Notes under the pieces: generated by a model | Databases searched by the model: none | Seen by the model: the letters and a program-made list of their open reading frames with translations, nothing else | What the model was told of the DNA's origin: nothing | Shown: piece by piece, positions 50,906 to 60,433 of the stretch | How the letters are laid out: each line of letters begins with the position of its first letter | Numbering within the stretch: the first letter of the stretch is position 1 | From: Alphaproteobacteria bacterium | GTDB taxonomy: Bacteria; Pseudomonadota; Alphaproteobacteria; RF32; CAG-239 | NCBI GenBank assembly: GCA_045611785.1 | Contig: JAZKXV010000002.1 | Coordinates: 3,455 to 67,454 of the forward strand | Length of the DNA stretch: 64,000 nt | Direction: 5' to 3' | Program-made: the position numbers and the translations under genes

Positions 50906-52645
50906 TTATTTTTCAAAAGATGCTTTTATATTTTGTCTTTGCTCTTCTAAATTAAAGTCTGCTTGAACATTAAGTTGCGGTGCAATAGCTTTTATTATGT
51001 TTCCACCTGTTGGTGCTGCGTTCCATCCTGATGTAACGAAACCATGTGTTGTATCACCCTTTGGTTCATCTAAAACCACTATAATTGAATATTTTGGAGA
51101 ACTTGCCGGAAATGCCGCTAAAAATGAAGTCATAACCTTTTTTTCTACATATTTACCTTTTTCTCCAAGTTTATTTGCTGTTCCGGTTTTACCGATTACT
51201 TGATATCCTTCAATGTTTGCCTTTTTTGCAGAACCTTTAATTACAACATCTCGTAATAAAGGCACCATTTTTTGTGAAGTCGACTCTGAAATAACTCTTC
51301 GTGGAGCTGGAACATTAGAGTTTTTAACAAGTGTCGGATAATAGTATATACCGCCATTTATCAAAGAATTAAAAGCTGTAATAATGTGCAATGGAGTTGA
51401 AGACAAACCATAACCATACGATACGGTTGCCATAGTGTGCTCTCTCCAATCATGTTCCGAAGGAAATATAGGTTTAGCTTTCTCAAGAACCTCAAACTCA
51501 GATAATCTTTCAGAAAAACCTAAGTTAACCAAAAACTCACGTTGTTTTTCTTTTCCTATACGACTAATTATTTGAGCAGATCCGATATTTGATGAATATA
51601 TTAAAATTTCACCAACACTTAACCACCTGTTCTCACCTCTATAATCTTTAACTGTTACACCCTTAAATTTTAATGGCTGAGTTGCATCAAATTTATCAGT
51701 TACCTTTATTTTTTTACTTTCTAAGCCTAAAGCTGTATTAAATGTTTTAAATACTGAACCGGCTTCATATACACCCTGAGTAGCAAAATTGAACATCGAT
51801 TTATCACCGACAGGTCTTTTAACATTTGGATTATAATCAGGCAAAGACACCATGGAAATTATTTCACCATTGGTTGTGTCCATAACAATGGCTGTTGCTC
51901 CCAAAGCATTATATAATTCCATAGCTTTGCTTAATTCTTCTCTGATTGTATCTTGAATGGAAGTGTCTATGGTTAATTGAAGCGGTTGAGAAGATTGTGT
52001 TAATCTCTCATGCATATATTTTTCTAAACCACCAATTCCGTTATTATCAATATCTGTAAAGCCTAAAATGTGTGAAAACAAATTATCATGTGGATATATA
52101 CGAGCTTGGTTATCCTTAAACTCTAATGCCGGAATCCCCAAATTGTGCACCTCTGCTTGTTGTGATGGCGATAAATTACGTTTAATTTCATTATATTTTT
52201 GTTTTTTCAAACCTTTTAAAATGGTGTCATAATCTACATCTGGAATAATTAAAGCAAGCTCTGCGGCAACCTTTTCTACATTTTCTATTTTAGGTTTTTT
52301 TGCAACTTGCAGTGTAACTGTAGGAAGAGATGTCGCAATAATTGTGCCATTTCTATCAATAACATCGGCTCTAGAAACCGGTAGCTTAATTTCTTGCTCT
52401 TTGTATACTTCTTCAAATCTGTTAATAACAACACCGTTTACAAGGCATAAATAAAAAACTTTACTGACAATTACTATATATACAAGTATAAATAAAAAAA
52501 CCGCAAAAAGCATTCTCTTTTTACATACTAAAACAGCCTGAACATTTTGATTTTCAGTAAAACTAACATCATTAAACGCCACTTGTTTATTATCAAATGG
52601 CAAAGCATAACTACGATTTCTTTTAGAAAAATTCATTTCCAACAA
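50906..52645 (-). CDS. ftsI: Penicillin-binding protein FtsI/PBP3
   Basis: SVFK, SSN, KTGT motifs; mraZ-rsmH-ftsL-ftsI order. Confidence 0.95.
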   Translation of the reverse strand: MLEMNFSKRNRSYALPFDNKQVAFNDVSFTENQNVQAVLVCKKRMLFAVFLFILVYIVIVSKVFYLCLVNGVVINRFEEVYKEQEIKLPVSRADVIDRNGTIIATSLPTVTLQVAKKPKIENVEKVAAELALIIPDVDYDTILKGLKKQKYNEIKRNLSPSQQAEVHNLGIPALEFKDNQARIYPHDNLFSHILGFTDIDNNGIGGLEKYMHERLTQSSQPLQLTIDTSIQDTIREELSKAMELYNALGATAIVMDTTNGEIISMVSLPDYNPNVKRPVGDKSMFNFATQGVYEAGSVFKTFNTALGLESKKIKVTDKFDATQPLKFKGVTVKDYRGENRWLSVGEILIYSSNIGSAQIISRIGKEKQREFLVNLGFSERLSEFEVLEKAKPIFPSEHDWREHTMATVSYGYGLSSTPLHIITAFNSLINGGIYYYPTLVKNSNVPAPRRVISESTSQKMVPLLRDVVIKGSAKKANIEGYQVIGKTGTANKLGEKGKYVEKKVMTSFLAAFPASSPKYSIIVVLDEPKGDTTHGFVTSGWNAAPTGGNIIKAIAPQLNVQADFNLEEQRQNIKASFEK

Positions 52646-52657
52646 TTTTATCCACCA

Positions 52658-53023
52658 TTAACGTTCTGCTTTTACTAATTGTCTATAATGTTGATTACTT
52701 GCCGCAGATGTCAATTTTTTTTCATCTGAGGTGTTCTCATACTTGAATGGTAACGCAGAATAGTTAATAATTTGTTCAGCTTTCACATTATTTAACTTAA
52801 TATGTTCTGAAGCAAGCTTTCTTAAACGTGCAGGATTATTTAATTGGCTCCATTGAGCTTTCAACACTTGAATATTTTTTGCATCATTATGTATCTCTTC
52901 ATTAATGCGAGATAATTCATTTTCAAGATCATGAACCTGATTCTTTAATATGAAAGAACCGAAAACCACAACCAAAGTTAATGTACCCCACAATACCTTT
53001 AGGGCAGTTTTAGTATTAAACAT
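52658..53023 (-). CDS. ftsL: Cell division protein FtsL
   Basis: Single TM plus coiled coil, LKAQWSQLNNPARL; position in operon. Confidence 0.85.
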   Translation of the reverse strand: MFNTKTALKVLWGTLTLVVVFGSFILKNQVHDLENELSRINEEIHNDAKNIQVLKAQWSQLNNPARLRKLASEHIKLNNVKAEQIINYSALPFKYENTSDEKKLTSAASNQHYRQLVKAER

Positions 53024-53948
53024 TATTCACTCCTTTATTTTTTATAGCGTATCTTAATTTTGCAGAGCGTGCTCTTGGATTTTCCACACATTCTTCTTCT
53101 GTAGGAGCAATTGCCTTAGATACGACATCAAAAATTATATCAGTATTTTTTATCATTTGAGGCATATATCTTGATACGCCATTATTTTTGCCTGATTTTT
53201 CGTTAAAAAACTTTTTAACGATCCTGTCTTCAAGCGAGTGAAAATCAACCACGACTAAACGCCCTTGCGGCTTGAGCAATGCAGTAGATGCGGCTAACGC
53301 ATTTTGAAGCTCTTTTAATTCTTCATTTACTGCAATCCGCAATGCCTGAAACGTACGTGTAGCAGGATTGATTTGTCCGAAATTTTTATGAATAATACTA
53401 TAAATAATTTCAGCCAATTCGGTAGTTGTTTCAATAGGTTTATTTTTTCTGTATTCAACAATTTTACGAGCAATTTGACGAGACTTCTTTTCTTCGCCAT
53501 ATAAATAAATTAAATCAGCCAACTCCTGCTCTTCCATATTATTTACAATATCAGCAGCACTTATTCCGCTTAATGACATACGCATATCAAGCGGAGCCTC
53601 TTTTGAAAAAGAAAAACCTCTTTCTGCATCATCGAGTTGCATTGATGACACACCGATATCAAAAACAAAGCCATCAACCGGAGTTTCAATCAGCTCATCA
53701 ATGTTTCCAAATCTACCTGAAACAAAGGTAAAACGATCTCCATATTTTGCTTTTAATTCTCGCGCTCTGGGTAAAACTGTAGGATCTCTGTCAATTGCAA
53801 TTACATTACAATTAGCAGCTTCTAAAATTGCTGTGGTATATCCGCCATTACCGAATGTAGCATCAACATATGTTTGATTATCTTGAGGATTAAGATACTT
53901 TACTACCTCATTCAACATAACAGGAATATGTCTTTGCTTACAATCCAT
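53016..53948 (-). CDS. rsmH: 16S rRNA m4C1402 methyltransferase
   Basis: HIPVML, DATFGNGG, GVSSMQLD..RGFSF, FHSLEDR, NPRARSAKLR. Confidence 0.97.
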   Translation of the reverse strand: MDCKQRHIPVMLNEVVKYLNPQDNQTYVDATFGNGGYTTAILEAANCNVIAIDRDPTVLPRARELKAKYGDRFTFVSGRFGNIDELIETPVDGFVFDIGVSSMQLDDAERGFSFSKEAPLDMRMSLSGISAADIVNNMEEQELADLIYLYGEEKKSRQIARKIVEYRKNKPIETTTELAEIIYSIIHKNFGQINPATRTFQALRIAVNEELKELQNALAASTALLKPQGRLVVVDFHSLEDRIVKKFFNEKSGKNNGVSRYMPQMIKNTDIIFDVVSKAIAPTEEECVENPRARSAKLRYAIKNKGVNNV

Positions 53949-54421
53949 TAATTAGAATCTCCTGTTTTGTTAACATTTAAAACAGGTCTATTTTTCAAAA
54001 CTTGCTCACGTACACGAGCTTCTTCTGCTTCCCAATTTTCAGGATTCCAAATTTGAAATTTACGGCCTTTACCTACAAACACTGCTGTGTCAGTAATGTT
54101 TGCATGTTTTAATAGTTTTTCGCTTAAAACAATTCTGCCTGTGCTATCAAACGTAAAACGTTTAGCATCACCAAAAATCAAATTTGTTAAATCATCTTGT
54201 GTTTGAGAGAAAAAGTCTGTTGACGTTTCAATTTCCACTGCAAGTTTCTCCAACAAGTCTTCCACACAACCTTCAATACAAGGCGCTGTCAAACTTCTAT
54301 AACAAACAATTTCAGAATTTAATTCTTTAACAATGGATCGATAATCGGCAGGTAAGGAAACACGACCTTTTGCGTCTACCTTATTATAAACAGTATCTAA
54401 AAAGAGAAATGTCTTCCTCAA
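53948..54421 (-). CDS. mraZ: Transcriptional regulator MraZ
   Basis: DAKGRVSLPA and DSTGRI repeats; probable TTG start at 54421 (track 54442). Confidence 0.93.
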   Translation of the reverse strand: MRKTFLFLDTVYNKVDAKGRVSLPADYRSIVKELNSEIVCYRSLTAPCIEGCVEDLLEKLAVEIETSTDFFSQTQDDLTNLIFGDAKRFTFDSTGRIVLSEKLLKHANITDTAVFVGKGRKFQIWNPENWEAEEARVREQVLKNRPVLNVNKTGDSN

Positions 54422-54458
54422 ATTCCTACCCTCATAAAGCACTAATCCATCATTAATT

Positions 54459-54492
54459 ATGGTATATCATGGTAATTTATGGGAATCAATGG
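54459..54492. promoter_or_regulatory. Putative MraZ operator: four ATGG repeats at 10-bp period
   Basis: atgg at 54459, 54469, 54479 and 54489 upstream of mraZ; MraZ binds 10-bp-phased TGG-type repeats. Confidence 0.7.
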
Positions 54493-54674
54493 AAAATTTT
54501 CATATTTTATTAACAGTTCTTGTTTTGTTCTTTCTCGTTCTTGTGTATTTGTTAGATATACTTACTTACAAGAAATTAAAAAATAATAAAAAAAATCCAC
54601 ATACTTGTGGGTATTTGTAACAAAAGTTTAACAATTTAAAAATTGCGAGTCGTAAAGATGTTTTCAATTGTATA

Positions 54675-54710
54675 AAACAAGACCTTACAAATTAATGTAA
54701 GGTCTTGTTT
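54675..54710 (-). terminator. Intrinsic terminator
   Basis: aaacaagaccttaca-N6-tgtaaggtcttgttt. Confidence 0.8.
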
Positions 54711-54713
54711 GTT

Positions 54714-57047
54714 TTACTTTATTTCTTCGGATTTCATTTCTTCCGGAGCCCTAGGCGTCGATTTCAATATAAGCTCCGTAACCGGCTTATAAACTGTTTG
54801 TTGCCATGGACTACTCTTTTCATACTTCTTCTCACAAATTGTAAGCCCCAAACTTCTTAATGCAGTTTCGGTTGGCAAAAATAAGTCCGTTCCTCCCTCG
54901 GTTTTTTTACCTGTATGAGCAAGTCCGTTTACAGTTCCATGACCATCTATCAAAACTCCGCCGATTGTAACTCTCTGAATAAATGTATCCACCATAATTT
55001 CAGAACCAACATCTTCACTATATCTGTAACCGGTAACTTTTCCGTTGTTATCAATATAATTTTCACCATCTTCAAAATCATCAACATCTAATACACCTAA
55101 AGTCAAAAATCCGCCTTGGCCGACCTTGGGTAAATCAAGATTAAGAGAAAGCGGTGTATATTTTGTGCTTTCATCTAACATAATAAGCGCAGTATTTTTA
55201 CTCAAATTCACTCTAACTGCTTTACCTGTTAACTCTTTACCGTTAATGGTTTTTAAGTTATACAAATTATTATCTTTTTTAACAATATTAGCAGAAGTTA
55301 AAACAAAGTTTTCTGAAACGATTAAACCGGCTGCTTTTTTGTTATCGGCATTTTTAATTTCAACTACAGAAGCTCTTACTTTATATAAGTTCTCCGGTGA
55401 CATACTATCATACATAGGTCTATCAACAATGCATAATTCATCAAATATCTTGTCGCCACTTTTCATATCAATCCATGTATCATCAACCACAGCGCAATCA
55501 CCTCCGGAGATAACTCCGCCATTTTCATCTATACAATTTTTGAACACAAGATGATCAGATTTAACACCGGAATTCTCTATAATTTTCGCTGGTTCATCTT
55601 TTATATGGTTAATAAAAACCCCTGACGCTTCACTAATTTGCGGCTCTTCAATTTTAGGTTCTTCAATTTGTGTTTCTAAAATTTGAGGTTCACACATTTC
55701 ACATCCGGCACAGTCCAAACATCCCGCACATCCGGCACAACTATCAACAAGCATAGTTTGCTCAATAATGATCGGACATAATGTTAAATCTACTTCTTCT
55801 CTGGTAACCTGACAACTTTTAGCAACTTCTTGTTCTTCTTTAAATTGACATTTTGCCGGATTAAGAGCTGCCTCTTCATCAATAAGAGCTTGACGTTCAG
55901 CCGCTAATTCTTCAGGTGTCAGTCTTACCATTAACTGATCTTCAAAACCGACTTTATTGCGCAAATTGCTAACAGCGTCAGCAAATGCTTTTTCAACCAA
56001 AGCGATTTCACCGTTTTCTTCTCCACCCGTTAAATCACTATAACCGGTTGTTTCGCCTGTCCACAAAACTTTTGTTTTGCTAATATTTGTTAATTTCCAT
56101 TCAACCGTAATTTCAGCTGAACCTGCTCGTTTATTTGTTTTTTCAGCCACTTTCCAATCATATCCGTCACATACATTCATGAAAAAGTCTGTAATTTCTG
56201 CTGTCAAAACATATTCTGGTAATGCAGTTGGAGTTTCTTGCAAACAAATATCTTGCGGTAATTTTATAATATTATAGCAATCAGAAGTAGCTTCTTCAAA
56301 AACCTTATTAAAGTTCATATCTTTTTCCAAAATACGACCTTTATTCAAAATTGCTTCTTTATCATATCTGCGACATCCGAAAATACGGAAACGATAATTT
56401 CCCACTTTATTAGCATATGGAAAATAATCTGATTTATCAGATAAATTAAAATCAACATGTTCTAAATATATAGGAGCCATATCGCAACAACTACGATTTA
56501 CTGCTTGATATACATAATTTTTGTATTCAACAGTATAATTAGCAATTTTCTTTTCTGGCATTTCACATTTTTCACATGGACCTGTATCAACTAACGGACC
56601 ACTTTGGCACCTTTCACAAGGACCGGCATCAAACAGCGGACCGCTATTATGATCAGATGAACAGGAACCTGTATCAAATAACGGACCACTATTATGGTTA
56701 GATGAACATGAACCTGTATCAATCAACGGACCACTATTAAAATTAAAAAGTCCGCCTGATGTTTTTTTAGATGCTGCAACATTAATTTCTTCATCAACTT
56801 TTACTTGTGCATCGGCATTAGTAACTGCTGCTTTTTTCACAGGAGTTTTGACTGCTTTTGTGGCCTTATTTTTTGTTTGTTTTTTAACTTCAGGATACAA
56901 ACCTCTACTGCGTCTTTGCATCATATCCCTAATAGACTGTCCGGCGCTGCTTTTAGGTGCAGCACAAACATCTTCAGCCGCAGATAATCCAGCTAATGCA
57001 GCCAGAGCTACAGTAAAGCATATTTTATATATTTTATTAAACTTCAT
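54714..57047 (-). CDS. Exported Cys-rich protein with C-terminal inactive trypsin-like domain
   Basis: Signal peptide; SGPLxDTGxC repeats; C-terminal GLIVSENFVLTSANIV / NTALI / TIGGVLID. Confidence 0.8.
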   Translation of the reverse strand: MKFNKIYKICFTVALAALAGLSAAEDVCAAPKSSAGQSIRDMMQRRSRGLYPEVKKQTKNKATKAVKTPVKKAAVTNADAQVKVDEEINVAASKKTSGGLFNFNSGPLIDTGSCSSNHNSGPLFDTGSCSSDHNSGPLFDAGPCERCQSGPLVDTGPCEKCEMPEKKIANYTVEYKNYVYQAVNRSCCDMAPIYLEHVDFNLSDKSDYFPYANKVGNYRFRIFGCRRYDKEAILNKGRILEKDMNFNKVFEEATSDCYNIIKLPQDICLQETPTALPEYVLTAEITDFFMNVCDGYDWKVAEKTNKRAGSAEITVEWKLTNISKTKVLWTGETTGYSDLTGGEENGEIALVEKAFADAVSNLRNKVGFEDQLMVRLTPEELAAERQALIDEEAALNPAKCQFKEEQEVAKSCQVTREEVDLTLCPIIIEQTMLVDSCAGCAGCLDCAGCEMCEPQILETQIEEPKIEEPQISEASGVFINHIKDEPAKIIENSGVKSDHLVFKNCIDENGGVISGGDCAVVDDTWIDMKSGDKIFDELCIVDRPMYDSMSPENLYKVRASVVEIKNADNKKAAGLIVSENFVLTSANIVKKDNNLYNLKTINGKELTGKAVRVNLSKNTALIMLDESTKYTPLSLNLDLPKVGQGGFLTLGVLDVDDFEDGENYIDNNGKVTGYRYSEDVGSEIMVDTFIQRVTIGGVLIDGHGTVNGLAHTGKKTEGGTDLFLPTETALRSLGLTICEKKYEKSSPWQQTVYKPVTELILKSTPRAPEEMKSEEIK
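56578..56737 (-). repeat. Intragenic tandem repeats (42-45 bp, 4 units)
   Basis: Encode SGPL(I/F/V)D(T/A)G(S/P)C four times. Confidence 0.85.
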
Positions 57048-57061
57048 TATTGTTCTCCTGT

Positions 57062-58582
57062 TTATATCTTCGACGGCATAATCCGGCGATAATTTAATGC
57101 TTCAGCAACATGCATTTTAAGCACATTTTTTTCATTTTGCAAGTCTGCAATTGTTCTTGCTAATCTTAATGTTCGATGGTATCCCCTAGCAGACAAATTA
57201 AACCTATCTGCAGATTTTACCAAAAGTTCTTTGGCGTCATTTTCTAAAGAAACCGCTTTTTCCAACAAATCGCCTTTTAATTGTGAATTTGTATTAAGTT
57301 CAGGATATCCGAATTCGATAAATCGTTCTTTTTGTATTTTACGAGCTTTTATTACCCTTTCAAGAACAACTTCTGAACTTTCTCCTTTTTCTTTTTCAAA
57401 AATATCCCACGGACTGACTTGCGGAACAAAAATATGAATATCTATTCTATCAAGCAATGGTCCAGAGATCTTTTCTTGATATTCTTGAGCACATTTAGGA
57501 GCTTTAACGCATTCATGTCCAGGCATGGAATAATATCCACAACGACACGGATTCATAGCCGCAATCAGCTGGAAACGAGCAGGATAAACATGATGATATT
57601 CTGCCCTTGAAACCATAATTTGCCCATTTTCCAAAGGTTGCCTTAAAGCCTCAAGAGTTGAGCGATTAAATTCAGGTAATTCGTCTAAAAACAACACCCC
57701 GTTATGTGCTAACGAAATTTCACCGGGCTTAGCCTTTTTGCCACCACCAACCAATGAAGGTGTTGAAGCGTTATGATGAGGATCTCGATACGGACGTGTA
57801 AAATTAAGCTCTCCGTTTTTTAACTCCCCGGCAACCGAATGTATAATGCATGTTTCCAATGCCTCTTCTGCACTTAACGGAGGCAAAATAGATATCAATC
57901 TTGATGCAAGCATAGATTTACCTGATCCAGGAGGTCCAACCATAAGCATATTATGAGAGCCTGCAGCAGCAATCTCCAATGCCCTTTTAGCACTCTCCTG
58001 ACCTTTTATATCTGCCAAATCAAGTTTATTTTTTAATACTACGCCTTGTTTTGCTGTCGGGAAAGGTAACCCTTGCTTTCCTTTAAAATGATTAATCAAC
58101 GCAAGCAAGCTAGGTGTAGCTACAATATTTTTTAAACCACCCCAAACAGCTTCACTTCCTTGCAAATGAGGGCAAATCAAGCCTTTACCATCCCTGTTTG
58201 CCTTAATTGCAACCGGCAACACTCCATTAACCGGCATTACGGAGTTATCAAGACCTAACTCTCCTAAAATTATATAATCTGCAAGCTCGTCTTGTGGCAA
58301 AATTTTCATGCAAGCTAAAATACCTGTTGCAATAGCCAAATCAAAATGAGACCCTTCTTTTAACAAATTAGCCGGAGCCAAATTGATTGTAATACGCTCT
58401 GCCGGAAAGCTTATACCAATAGCAGAAAAAGCCGCTCTAACACGCTCTTTACTCTCAGCAACAGCCTTATCAGGAAGACCCACAATGTTAAATGCGGGCA
58501 TACCAGAGCTTATTTGAACTTGCAAATCAACGTCCAAAACTTCTAATCCGCTAAAAGCTATGGTATTAATTCTGGCTTGCAT
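57062..58582 (-). CDS. comM: YifB/ComM-family Mg-chelatase-like AAA+ ATPase
   Basis: IVGLPDKAVAES, GPPGSGKS, PGEISLAHNGVLFLDELPEF, SGPLLDRID. Confidence 0.92.
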   Translation of the reverse strand: MQARINTIAFSGLEVLDVDLQVQISSGMPAFNIVGLPDKAVAESKERVRAAFSAIGISFPAERITINLAPANLLKEGSHFDLAIATGILACMKILPQDELADYIILGELGLDNSVMPVNGVLPVAIKANRDGKGLICPHLQGSEAVWGGLKNIVATPSLLALINHFKGKQGLPFPTAKQGVVLKNKLDLADIKGQESAKRALEIAAAGSHNMLMVGPPGSGKSMLASRLISILPPLSAEEALETCIIHSVAGELKNGELNFTRPYRDPHHNASTPSLVGGGKKAKPGEISLAHNGVLFLDELPEFNRSTLEALRQPLENGQIMVSRAEYHHVYPARFQLIAAMNPCRCGYYSMPGHECVKAPKCAQEYQEKISGPLLDRIDIHIFVPQVSPWDIFEKEKGESSEVVLERVIKARKIQKERFIEFGYPELNTNSQLKGDLLEKAVSLENDAKELLVKSADRFNLSARGYHRTLRLARTIADLQNEKNVLKMHVAEALNYRRIMPSKI

Positions 58583-58587
58583 ATATT

Positions 58588-58917
58588 TTACCACCTCGGA
58601 ATTTTTTCATCTTTACGCCAACGACGAGTTGGATAGGTATCAGATTTCAAAGAATCATATTCGGCAGGCAATCTTGGAATGTTAGTCAGTCTTACATATC
58701 CTCTTTTTTCAAATTCTTGAGCACATTCTTCCGTAGAAACATTTGCAGATTGATAACAATATACCAAAACTCTAGTTTCTAAATTTTGCAAACCTATCAT
58801 ATCTTCTTGATAAGGCAAAACCTGATATACAGGTTCTTGATACTCAAAATAAGAACATGCAGGCAACACAAATAATACGGCTAAAATCCATTTAATATTT
58901 ATTTTTTTCATGCGCAT
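58588..58917 (-). CDS. Hypothetical lipoprotein
   Basis: Basic N-terminus, hydrophobic core, LPA-C lipobox-like motif. Confidence 0.7.
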   Translation of the reverse strand: MRMKKINIKWILAVLFVLPACSYFEYQEPVYQVLPYQEDMIGLQNLETRVLVYCYQSANVSTEECAQEFEKRGYVRLTNIPRLPAEYDSLKSDTYPTRRWRKDEKIPRW

Positions 58918-59003
58918 AATTCCTCAATATAAAGATTATCTCATATTAAACTAAAATTATTAAAAGAGTCTTTATAAAAACAATCTTAGCCAAAATATTA
59001 ACA

Positions 59004-59032
59004 TTGACAAACTCCACAAAAAAACATAGACT
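59004..59032 (+). promoter_or_regulatory. Distal sigma70-type promoter TTGACA-17-TAGACT
   Basis: Direct match about 260 nt upstream of rpsF. Confidence 0.55.
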
Positions 59033-59203
59033 ATAAAAGTCTTAAGATTGAATCTAAACAAGATCAATGTGAAACCTCTCAAAAGGAAAACAAGCCAAAC
59101 TCAACACCAATATCAAATATTACAAACGCAGATATTGGGCATGATTATATGTAACATAAAAAAACTCTTGCATAATTAAAGTTTTTATGTATATTAGCAC
59201 ATG

Positions 59204-59286
59204 TCCCTTGCCGTGAAATTTATTTTTGCGGCTATACATTTAACCGGACACTAAAAGTGTCTATTTGTTGAGAATCCATAAGGAGA
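59204..59286 (+). promoter_or_regulatory. S6:S18-binding ribosomal leader
   Basis: 5' CCTT(GC) can pair with the AAGG(AG) SD; CCR (aatCCAtaagg) lies next to it, as in known rpsF leaders; two internal hairpins. Confidence 0.65.
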
Positions 59287-59292
59287 TATAAA

Positions 59293-59634
59293 ATGGCTAA
59301 TTACGAGAGCGTGCTTATCGCACGTCAAGACCTCGGCGCCTCTCAAGTTAACTCTTTAGTTGAAAACTTGAGTTCTGTTCTTAAAAAAGAAGGCGGCGAA
59401 GTTGTTAAAGTTGATAACTGGGGTTTAAAAAACCTTGCTTATCGTATCAAAAAAAACCGCAAAGGACATTATGTTTTGTTAAACATTGTTGCTCCTGCTC
59501 AAGCAATTTCTGAATATGAACGTTTGATGAGATTAAACGAAGATGTTATTCGTTATATGACAATCAAAGTTGATGAATTCAATAATGAAATGGCTTCTGA
59601 TGAAGACATTGCAGCTGTTGAAGCTGAAGCTTAA
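59293..59634 (+). CDS. rpsF: 30S ribosomal protein bS6
   Basis: [18 protein letters not shown]. Confidence 0.98.
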   Translation: MANYESVLIARQDLGASQVNSLVENLSSVLKKEGGEVVKVDNWGLKNLAYRIKKNRKGHYVLLNIVAPAQAISEYERLMRLNEDVIRYMTIKVDEFNNEMASDEDIAAVEAEA

Positions 59635-59645
59635 GGAGAAACATA

Positions 59646-59870
59646 ATGGCTAAACAATCATTTTTTAAAAGAAAAAGCTGTCCTTTTTCCGGTGAAAACG
59701 GATTAAGAATTGATTATAAAGATGTTAAGCTTCTTTCCAGATTTATTTCTGAAAAAGGCAAAATCATCCCGAGCCGTATCACTTCTGTTTCTGCTAAAAA
59801 GCAAAGAGAATTGGCTCGTGCTATTAAACGTGCTCGTTACATTGGCTTATTGCCATATGTGGCTAACTAA
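59646..59870 (+). CDS. rpsR: 30S ribosomal protein bS18
   Basis: [20 protein letters not shown]. Confidence 0.98.
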   Translation: MAKQSFFKRKSCPFSGENGLRIDYKDVKLLSRFISEKGKIIPSRITSVSAKKQRELARAIKRARYIGLLPYVAN

Positions 59871-59884
59871 GGGAGGGATAGGAA

Positions 59885-60370
59885 ATGGAAGTTATTCTTC
59901 TTGAACACGTAGAAAAATTAGGTAAAATGGGCGACAAAGTAAACGTTAAAAACGGCTACGCTCGTAACTACCTCTTACCTCAAAATAAAGCATTACGTGC
60001 AACAGAATCTAACGTTGCTTATTTTGAAAAACAAAAAGCTGAATTAGAAGCTCGCAACCAATCTTTATTTGAAGAAGCTTCTAAAAAAGCTGAAGCATTA
60101 CAAGGCTTCAAAACTGTTCTTATTCGTCAAGCTGCTGAAACAGGTCAATTATATGGTTCTGTTACAATTCGTGACATTGCTGCTGCTGTTAAAGAAGCTG
60201 GTTTTGATATTGAACGTCGTTTGGTATATTTAGAAAAACCTATTAAAGATTTAGGTGTATACCAAGTGAAAATCAACTTGCACCCAGAAGTTTCACAAAC
60301 AATTTTGGTAAACGTTGCCAGAACAAATGATGAAGCTAAAAAGCAAGAAAAAGCTTATTCTCAAGAATAG
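59885..60370 (+). CDS. rplI: 50S ribosomal protein bL9
   Basis: VKNGYARNYLLP, LYGSVT, LHPEV. Confidence 0.98.
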   Translation: MEVILLEHVEKLGKMGDKVNVKNGYARNYLLPQNKALRATESNVAYFEKQKAELEARNQSLFEEASKKAEALQGFKTVLIRQAAETGQLYGSVTIRDIAAAVKEAGFDIERRLVYLEKPIKDLGVYQVKINLHPEVSQTILVNVARTNDEAKKQEKAYSQE

Positions 60371-60382
60371 TTTATCAAAAAT

Positions 60383-60417
60383 AAAAAAAAATCTCCGCTA
60401 TGGCGGAGATTTTTTTA
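60383..60417. terminator. Bidirectional intrinsic terminator
   Basis: aaaaaaatctccgc-tatg-gcggagattttttt. Confidence 0.88.
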
Positions 60418-60433
60418 TCTACATAAAATACCA

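Noticed and set aside
56578-56737. 42-45-bp tandem repeats as CRISPR or a mobile element
   Set aside because: In-frame coding repeats with no unique spacers
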